This document shows, piece by piece, positions 58,141 through 64,000 of a stretch of 64,000 nucleotides of DNA. The stretch is from positions 1 through 64,000 of the forward strand of contig OY970176.1 in NCBI GenBank assembly GCA_963707955.1. Direction: 5' to 3'. This DNA is from Candidatus Bathyarchaeota archaeon. GTDB lineage: Archaea > Thermoproteota > Bathyarchaeia > Bathyarchaeales > Bathycorpusculaceae. The position numbers and the translations under genes were made by a program. The notes beneath the pieces were generated by a model, which worked only from the letters and a program-made list of their open reading frames with translations, was not told the DNA's origin and made no database searches. Position 1 is the stretch's first letter, and each line of letters starts with the position of its first letter.

Positions 58141-59198
58141 AACTCCGTGACCGTGACGCGATTATCACAGAAGAAGGGTTGATCTTCCGCGTTTTCGGCT
58201 ACTCGCATCCTTCAAAGTCCAATGTTTGCGATGTCGAGTACGCGCCTTCTAGCATCTTCAAGTCCGACAATCCAAAAGCCTTCAGAAACGCGGGTCAAAA
58301 CGTATTCTATAAGTTCTACGAGGATGAAGGCTGGAAGTTCGTTGAAAGCAAGTACCCACGATACATGATTTTCCACGAAATGCTGCGACAAAACGTAGTC
58401 GGAGTCAACCACAACGACGTTCATGAAGTTAGAAGACCGGAAGCAATTCTTCAAGAACGTATTGGAACACAGCCAAAAGATGAACTTCTCATGGCTGCGC
58501 AAAGTGTACTCGATATCGTGACAGAGTCTGCAGGTTTAAGCCCCGGAGACTTCGGGGTTTTCGGCTCTTTGCTGCATGGCTTTTATCATCCAAAGTTCTC
58601 TGATATTGACCTGATCGTTTACGGCAGAAGGAATGTTGCCAAGCTCTGTGAAACACTCAAAGAACTTTATGAAGCTGATTCTTCGCCGCTCAAGAACGAG
58701 TTCGAAACCGAACGATCAATCGAAGGCAAGAATTGGCGGTTTCTGAACTTTAGTCTCGAAGAATACTTGTGGCATCAGAGAAGAAAGCTGATCTATGCCT
58801 TGTTTGACAACGCACGAAGTGGCAGGAGAATAAAGACAGAGTTTGAGCCTGTGAAAGACTGGAAAGAGATTAGCAACGAATATAGCCCCAGAACAAGAAT
58901 TCTGCGAAGAGGTTGGACTAAGATTCTGGCCACGGTGACTGATGCCAGTGAGGCCTCATACATTCCCTCGATCTATGGCATTAAACCGCTTCAAGTTCTT
59001 GAAGGACCAAGGGAAACTGCTGAGGTAAGACGAATTGTCTCTTACATGGAGGAATTTCGAATGCAAGCAAGGGACGGAGAAACCGTGTATGTCGAAGGAA
59101 ACCTTGAGGAAGTGACAACTCCGAAGAGCAGTTTCTATCAAATAGCGTTGACCTATTGTGAAAGATACTGTGAGCAGGTTCTGAAAGTGAAGAATTGA
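58128..59198 (+). CDS. COG1665-like archaeal nucleotidyltransferase, paralog 2
   Basis: [25 protein letters not shown]...[10 protein letters not shown]-terminal OB-like [11 protein letters not shown]. Confidence 0.75.
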   Translation: MAALKLRDRDAIITEEGLIFRVFGYSHPSKSNVCDVEYAPSSIFKSDNPKAFRNAGQNVFYKFYEDEGWKFVESKYPRYMIFHEMLRQNVVGVNHNDVHEVRRPEAILQERIGTQPKDELLMAAQSVLDIVTESAGLSPGDFGVFGSLLHGFYHPKFSDIDLIVYGRRNVAKLCETLKELYEADSSPLKNEFETERSIEGKNWRFLNFSLEEYLWHQRRKLIYALFDNARSGRRIKTEFEPVKDWKEISNEYSPRTRILRRGWTKILATVTDASEASYIPSIYGIKPLQVLEGPRETAEVRRIVSYMEEFRMQARDGETVYVEGNLEEVTTPKSSFYQIALTYCERYCEQVLKVKN

Positions 59199-59202
59199 AT
59201 TG

Positions 59203-60216
59203 CTACGCCAGTATCATATAGTCTGACGGTTTGTTCCCAATCAATAGTCTAAAGTGTTCTTGATGTCGTTTCAAATCTGTGACGCGCTCGATTTTTCCCT
59301 GTGCAATAACGGTTTCGCCGCTTGCCGCTTGTTCGCAGAACCTTCCGCGGAAGGAAGCAATCTCTGTAATTGGGGAGAGCTTTGGTCCTTCCATGACGTT
59401 TGTGCTCTTAATAGCGTACCTGCATGGAGTAAAAATCGATTCAGAATCGTCCACGACTGTTGCTTTGATTCTTGCATAACCACTATTCTTGTATTGTATG
59501 TCGCCATATTTTTCATCAATCTCGTCCCAGTTCTTCACGAAGCGGATGAAGTAATCAGTTTTCGTGAATTTTCCCTGAAAGGCTTTTTTCGATTCGGTTC
59601 GAACGAAGTCTTCAAAATCCATCGTCGTGTCCTTCGAACGGAAATCGAACAAGCTTCTAAGTTCATGTTGGCTATAGAGCTTAAGGGGCGAATGTGGGTC
59701 ATTAAACATTTCTTGAAGGCTTGAATGGACTCGCCGACAATTTGCAGAACCATACACGATCGGATCGACGTCAGAACCAATCTTGTGGAGTCCAGCCAAG
59801 ATGGATCCAGAAATTCCGATTGTGCTCCACGGAATGTTCGAGTTTTGTTTGAGTAGTTCCGTTAACTGCAATGCCTTGTTTTCCAGTGCGTCCACAGTCT
59901 TAGAATTTCTCAGTTGCTGCAGCTTTTTCAAGGGGTCAAAATGCTTTTTGACCTTGTTGAATGGCACTTCGCATAGAGTTTCATCAAACACAGGGTCATA
60001 GACAAGATACGCGGGGAACTTCTCTCTCAACAGCGAGTAGCGGTCCGAAAGCGAATAGACCTTGCGATAGGTTAACTCATTCTTCTTTCTGTCACCCTTT
60101 TCCTCAAGAAAAAAACGGATGAAGGCCACGATTCGATCGTTAGGATGGACTAATCCTTTTACGTCGAAAATCGCCCCGTCACGGGTTTCAAGTAGGTCTC
60201 CCTCTCTTGCTTTCAT
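59203..60216 (-). CDS. COG1665-like archaeal nucleotidyltransferase, paralog 3
   Basis: REGDLLET..GAIFDVKGLVHP, GISGS...SDVDPIVYG, GETVIAQGKIE. Confidence 0.75.
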   Translation of the reverse strand: MKAREGDLLETRDGAIFDVKGLVHPNDRIVAFIRFFLEEKGDRKKNELTYRKVYSLSDRYSLLREKFPAYLVYDPVFDETLCEVPFNKVKKHFDPLKKLQQLRNSKTVDALENKALQLTELLKQNSNIPWSTIGISGSILAGLHKIGSDVDPIVYGSANCRRVHSSLQEMFNDPHSPLKLYSQHELRSLFDFRSKDTTMDFEDFVRTESKKAFQGKFTKTDYFIRFVKNWDEIDEKYGDIQYKNSGYARIKATVVDDSESIFTPCRYAIKSTNVMEGPKLSPITEIASFRGRFCEQAASGETVIAQGKIERVTDLKRHQEHFRLLIGNKPSDYMILA

Positions 60217-60255
60217 CAGCTACCTCTCGCCATTAAAAGACGCATCGATAAGTGT

Positions 60256-61005
60256 CTACTTTTCGGTTTTCAGAAAGTCTACAGCCAGTACTCTCAAGTT
60301 TGCCCTTCTTAAGGCTAAAAGGACTGCTGTGCCGATTGTGGCTCCTGCAAGACAATTCAAGGCGTCTGCGATTGCGTAGTATATAGTCGATCCTACCCAA
60401 AGGGGATAAAATGTTGAGGTTCCCCATCCTAGGGTCCATACAAAAATGTTATTACCTGTTGCTGTGTCGCCACCTACCAGAGCAATCCAAGCAAGGCACC
60501 ATAGGGCAATAGTTAAATTTGCAGGATTTCGCGACGTTATGGAGCCAACAATCCATTTTCTCACTGGAGGTATTACGATGAAGGCTAACACAAGCCAATA
60601 TTGCCATGTTATGATGGGCATTGCTTGGTACCATGCGAACGGATGCAGGAACCATATCACCATTTCCAAACAGAAGATCAGAGTGGCCTCTTTCCATCGG
60701 TTAAACAGAACAAGACCGCTCATCAACGCAGCCATCGTTGGGGTCAAGAAAGTTAGCAGTCCGATGGAAGCACCCGGGTTCACAGATGGAACAAGCCATC
60801 CAAAGATAAATCCCGAAACCCCTCCCCAGAGGGGTCCTAATATAGGCGCCGTCAAAGCTGAGAACACGATACTTGAAAAAGTTATCACTACACCGCTTCC
60901 GAGGACAGGGTAGGCTGGAATCCAAGCGCATGCGAGCACCAAGCCAACCCACGTGGCAGTCAAGGCCAGAAACACTACGTTGGTTATATATTTTGGAGTC
61001 ATCAT
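60256..61005 (-). CDS. Membrane protein, ECF transporter S-component-like
   Basis: About 6-7 TMs, APILGPLWG motif. Confidence 0.5.
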   Translation of the reverse strand: MMTPKYITNVVFLALTATWVGLVLACAWIPAYPVLGSGVVITFSSIVFSALTAPILGPLWGGVSGFIFGWLVPSVNPGASIGLLTFLTPTMAALMSGLVLFNRWKEATLIFCLEMVIWFLHPFAWYQAMPIITWQYWLVLAFIVIPPVRKWIVGSITSRNPANLTIALWCLAWIALVGGDTATGNNIFVWTLGWGTSTFYPLWVGSTIYYAIADALNCLAGATIGTAVLLALRRANLRVLAVDFLKTEK

Positions 61006-61105
61006 AATTCAACGGCTTGTGTTGCATTTTTCCTAGCTGTGTAACTTTTTACACAACGTTAATAAAACTTTCCAAGACTATGACTTAGAAGGCGGTTCAG
61101 TCCAG

Positions 61106-62050
61106 TTGAGTTCACTGACCAAATCGAAGCATGTCTCGCACTGCTTGGAGCTTGCCATACTTCTAGAGGCGAGTGCTCATAAGCCTGGAAACGTAAGCGT
61201 TGTTACCAACTTTGAAAAAACTCGGTATGAGCATTTTCTTGCTTCCGCCGTTGCTGCGTCTTCTTCTTTTGAATCTGCGGCAAAGAGAGGAATTGCTGTT
61301 TCTGAAGACAGAATTGACCTGTGCGATGTTGGAGTGGGCCAGTTTATAAAGAGTTGTGTGGCTGACATCAACGCTTGGCAGCACGGCGGCAACACGTTGC
61401 TGGGCACCGTGATTCTGCTTTCTCCGATGGCCGTCGCTGCTGGCATGACCATGTTGAGAGAGCGTTTTGACGTGCCCGCTTTAAGAAAGAACTTGAAGCT
61501 GGTTGTGGAATCAACAACCGCCAAGGACGCCGTTGACGTTTATGAGGCCATAAGGATCGCTAACCCCAGCGGGCTTGGGAAGGCTCCTGACTTGGACATC
61601 AACGACCCCACCGCGACTGAAAGAATAATAGATCAGAAGATATCTCTGTTTGAAGTTTTCAAGATAGCTGAGAAATATGACACTATCTGTTCCGAGTGGA
61701 CGAAGAACTATCCAGTGACTTTTGATCTTGCTTATCCCTCTTTGACTAATCGGTTGCGAAACAGCCCTGATCCAGGTTTGGGCATAGTTCAAACCTTCTT
61801 GCAGGTGCTTGCTGAAGTTCCAGACACTTTTATAGCCAGAAAGACGAGCATAGAGAAAGCGCGTCAGATTTCGCTGAAAGCCAGAGAGGTCGTAGAGCTC
61901 GGTGGAGTTGAAACATCCAGCGGAAGAAAGAGCTTAGACAAGCTTGACGGGGAACTCAAGAAATCCAGCAATCTTTTGAATCCAGGAACCACTGCTGACA
62001 TCATAGGAGCTGCACTAGCGCTGTGCATTCTGGCCGGATACAGGCCTTAG
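61106..62050 (+). CDS. citG: CitG-like triphosphoribosyl-dephospho-CoA synthase family protein
   Basis: LEA..KPGNV, NTLLG, PDTFIARK, NPGTTAD. Confidence 0.88.
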   Translation: MSSLTKSKHVSHCLELAILLEASAHKPGNVSVVTNFEKTRYEHFLASAVAASSSFESAAKRGIAVSEDRIDLCDVGVGQFIKSCVADINAWQHGGNTLLGTVILLSPMAVAAGMTMLRERFDVPALRKNLKLVVESTTAKDAVDVYEAIRIANPSGLGKAPDLDINDPTATERIIDQKISLFEVFKIAEKYDTICSEWTKNYPVTFDLAYPSLTNRLRNSPDPGLGIVQTFLQVLAEVPDTFIARKTSIEKARQISLKAREVVELGGVETSSGRKSLDKLDGELKKSSNLLNPGTTADIIGAALALCILAGYRP

Positions 62051-62244
62051 CCACGTTCACTATGCACTCATCTTCTGTAGAGAAGAACCAGTGTGTCCAA
62101 TAGCAGCTATGTTGCTCCTGCGACTTGAAGCCATTGTCGATGTTTTATTGGGAAATCAGTTAGGCTAAATAACCCGTTAATGCACTGAGACTACTTCTAA
62201 GAGCCGAAAAGATGTTGCCGCAGAAAATCGAGCAGGAACGTGAA

Positions 62245-62652
62245 ATGAGGAACGAAGCAAGACTCTCCGTTACGTTGCTGACAGGGCGAACGATTGAACA
62301 GGGCGTTGGCAAGGAGCGCGGAAAAGCTTCAAAGGAATACGCTGAAAGCGTTGCCCTCTGTTTCATAGACCCGCAGGACATGAAGAAACTTAAGGTCAAA
62401 GAAGGAGCCAACGTGGAAGTGTCAACGAGCCAAGGTTCTGTCGTTTTGAAATCCGTGAAATCCAGAAGAGGCCCTCATCCTGGCTTAGTTTTTGTTCCCT
62501 ACGGCCCGTGGGCAAACGTCGTCGTTGATTCAGGGACAGACAGCATCGGAATGCCCTCTCTGAAAGGAATCCCAGCCGAAATAGAATCCACGCCGGAAAA
62601 ACCAGTTCTAGATTTACCCCAACTTCTTGCGCAGCTCTTCGGGAATGAGTGA
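62245..62652 (+). CDS. fwdD: Formylmethanofuran dehydrogenase subunit D
   Basis: LLTGRTIEQG, FVPYGPWAN, GMPSLKG. Confidence 0.9.
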   Translation: MRNEARLSVTLLTGRTIEQGVGKERGKASKEYAESVALCFIDPQDMKKLKVKEGANVEVSTSQGSVVLKSVKSRRGPHPGLVFVPYGPWANVVVDSGTDSIGMPSLKGIPAEIESTPEKPVLDLPQLLAQLFGNE

Positions 62653-62653
62653 C

Positions 62654-64000
62654 ATGCCAGTCGTCAAAGCGGTGACCTGTCCGATCTGCGGATGTCTCTG
62701 CGACGACATAGAGTTAACGATCAAAGATGAAGCGATAGTTAAGGTGAAAAACGGCTGCTCTATGTGCGAGTCGAAATTTTCCAGTTACACAGGGCACAGA
62801 CAGTTGAAACCTCTGATCAAAAAGAACGGACAGCTGGTTCAAATCTCTCCCAAAGAAGCTGTAACAGCTGCAGCTGAAATATTGGCAGAAGCAAGTTATC
62901 CGCTGCTCTACGGTTGGAGCTCCACATGCTGCGAGGCCATCCGCGTAGGTCTTGAGTTGGCCGAAGAAGTAGGCGGAGTAATCGACAACACTTCAACAAT
63001 CTGCCACGGCCCGTCTGCCTTAAGCATTCAAGATGTTGGACTACCGTCGTGCACGCTTGGGCAGATAAGGCACCGGGCTGATCTGGTAATATACTGGGGA
63101 AGCAACCCTTGGAGTGCTCATCCGAGACACATTGAAAGGTACACGTCCTTTTCAGAGGGAAGGTTTGAGAAGAGCGAATGGGAAGCGTACCTGAAGAAAA
63201 CGAAGGCTTCGACAGCCAAGAAGAAGGTTGAAAGTGCTCTCCGAAGAGTCAAAGCAGAAGAAACAAAACCTTTTCAGTCACTTCCCGTGGGTGCACCATG
63301 CCCAGCTATCTTGAAAGGAGGAAGAAAACTCTTAGTTGTGGATGTCAGGAGGACAAGAACCGCTGAGAATGCTGACTACTTTATCCAAGTTGAACCGAAC
63401 AAGGACTACGAGGTTTTCGAAGCTCTCAGAGCCTTGATTCGAGACGAGGAGCTTGAGGTTGACGAGGTTGCAGGAGTGCCTGTGGAATACTTGGAAGAAG
63501 TGGCAGATGCGATGATCGGATGCAATTTCGGCGTGATTTTCTTTGGTCTCGGGCTTACTATGAGCAAGGGAAAACTGCGAAACGTGGACGCAGCTCTTTC
63601 TCTGACCAGAGACTTGAACATGCGCACCAAATTTATGATACTGCCGATGCGAGGACATTTCAACGTTACGGGCGCGGACACGGTCTTCACTTGGCAGACC
63701 GGTTACCCGTACGCGGTTGATTTTTCCTTGGGCTACCCGAGGTACAACCCGGGAGAAACATCAGCCGTAGACGTTCTTTTGCGAAAAGAAACAGACGCAG
63801 CGCTGGTGGTGGCTTCAGACCCCGTTTCAAACTTTCCCAGAACTGCTGCGGAACATTTGGTTAAGAATCCGTTGATCGTTATAGACCCGCACATGAATGT
63901 AACAGCCCAGATGGGCGACGTGGTTTTTCCCTCCGCTTTCGTTGGAATAGAGACAAGTGGAACAGCATACCGCATGGATCACGTGCCTCTTTCACTCAAA
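62654..64000 (+). CDS. fwdB: Formylmethanofuran dehydrogenase subunit B, 3'-partial (absent from the ORF track)
   Basis: CPICGCLCDD, TICHGP, WGSNPWSAHPRH, PMRGHFNVTG, WQTGYPYAVDF. Confidence 0.93.
   Translation, partial: MPVVKAVTCPICGCLCDDIELTIKDEAIVKVKNGCSMCESKFSSYTGHRQLKPLIKKNGQLVQISPKEAVTAAAEILAEASYPLLYGWSSTCCEAIRVGLELAEEVGGVIDNTSTICHGPSALSIQDVGLPSCTLGQIRHRADLVIYWGSNPWSAHPRHIERYTSFSEGRFEKSEWEAYLKKTKASTAKKKVESALRRVKAEETKPFQSLPVGAPCPAILKGGRKLLVVDVRRTRTAENADYFIQVEPNKDYEVFEALRALIRDEELEVDEVAGVPVEYLEEVADAMIGCNFGVIFFGLGLTMSKGKLRNVDAALSLTRDLNMRTKFMILPMRGHFNVTGADTVFTWQTGYPYAVDFSLGYPRYNPGETSAVDVLLRKETDAALVVASDPVSNFPRTAAEHLVKNPLIVIDPHMNVTAQMGDVVFPSAFVGIETSGTAYRMDHVPLSLK

Noticed and set aside
62990-63015. 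Selenocysteine in FwdB
   Set aside because: The ligand codon is TGC (TICHGP), not TGA
1-64000. tRNA or rRNA genes
   Set aside because: No cloverleaf or rRNA signature recognised by eye

Overview
Archaeal chromosomal segment, most consistent with Bathyarchaeia/TACK. That lineage call is an inference from the cdvA/cdvB/cdvC cluster, fwdDB, split guaAA/guaAB, AOR and dockerin-bearing secreted proteins. About 1-33.9 kb is an accessory surface-glycosylation island: GT2/GT4 glycosyltransferases, deacetylase, flippase, Gfo/Idh/MocA oxidoreductases, secreted proteins, and at least six toxin-antitoxin pairs plus one TA-like pair. About 34-64 kb is largely housekeeping: NikR with a metal ABC transporter, GDH, Lrp x2, AOR, Tfr/Sdh-like genes, GMP synthase, Cdv/ESCRT, MobB, three COG1665-like NTases, CitG and FwdD/B. 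The most striking unexplained signal is a set of short (CG)n palindromic tracts (GCGCGCGC and variants) in the island. They sit right after stop codons, bracket TA modules, and mark the breakpoints of truncated or duplicated gene fragments, with one apparent empty-versus-filled site pair. This looks like a cassette-shuffling or end-joining system keyed on alternating purine-pyrimidine tracts, although no recombinase is encoded in the window. A second candidate system is a four-member secreted paralog family sharing an N-terminal strand with a glycoside hydrolase, possibly a TasA/ABP-like donor-strand filament. All counts and alignments were made by eye.
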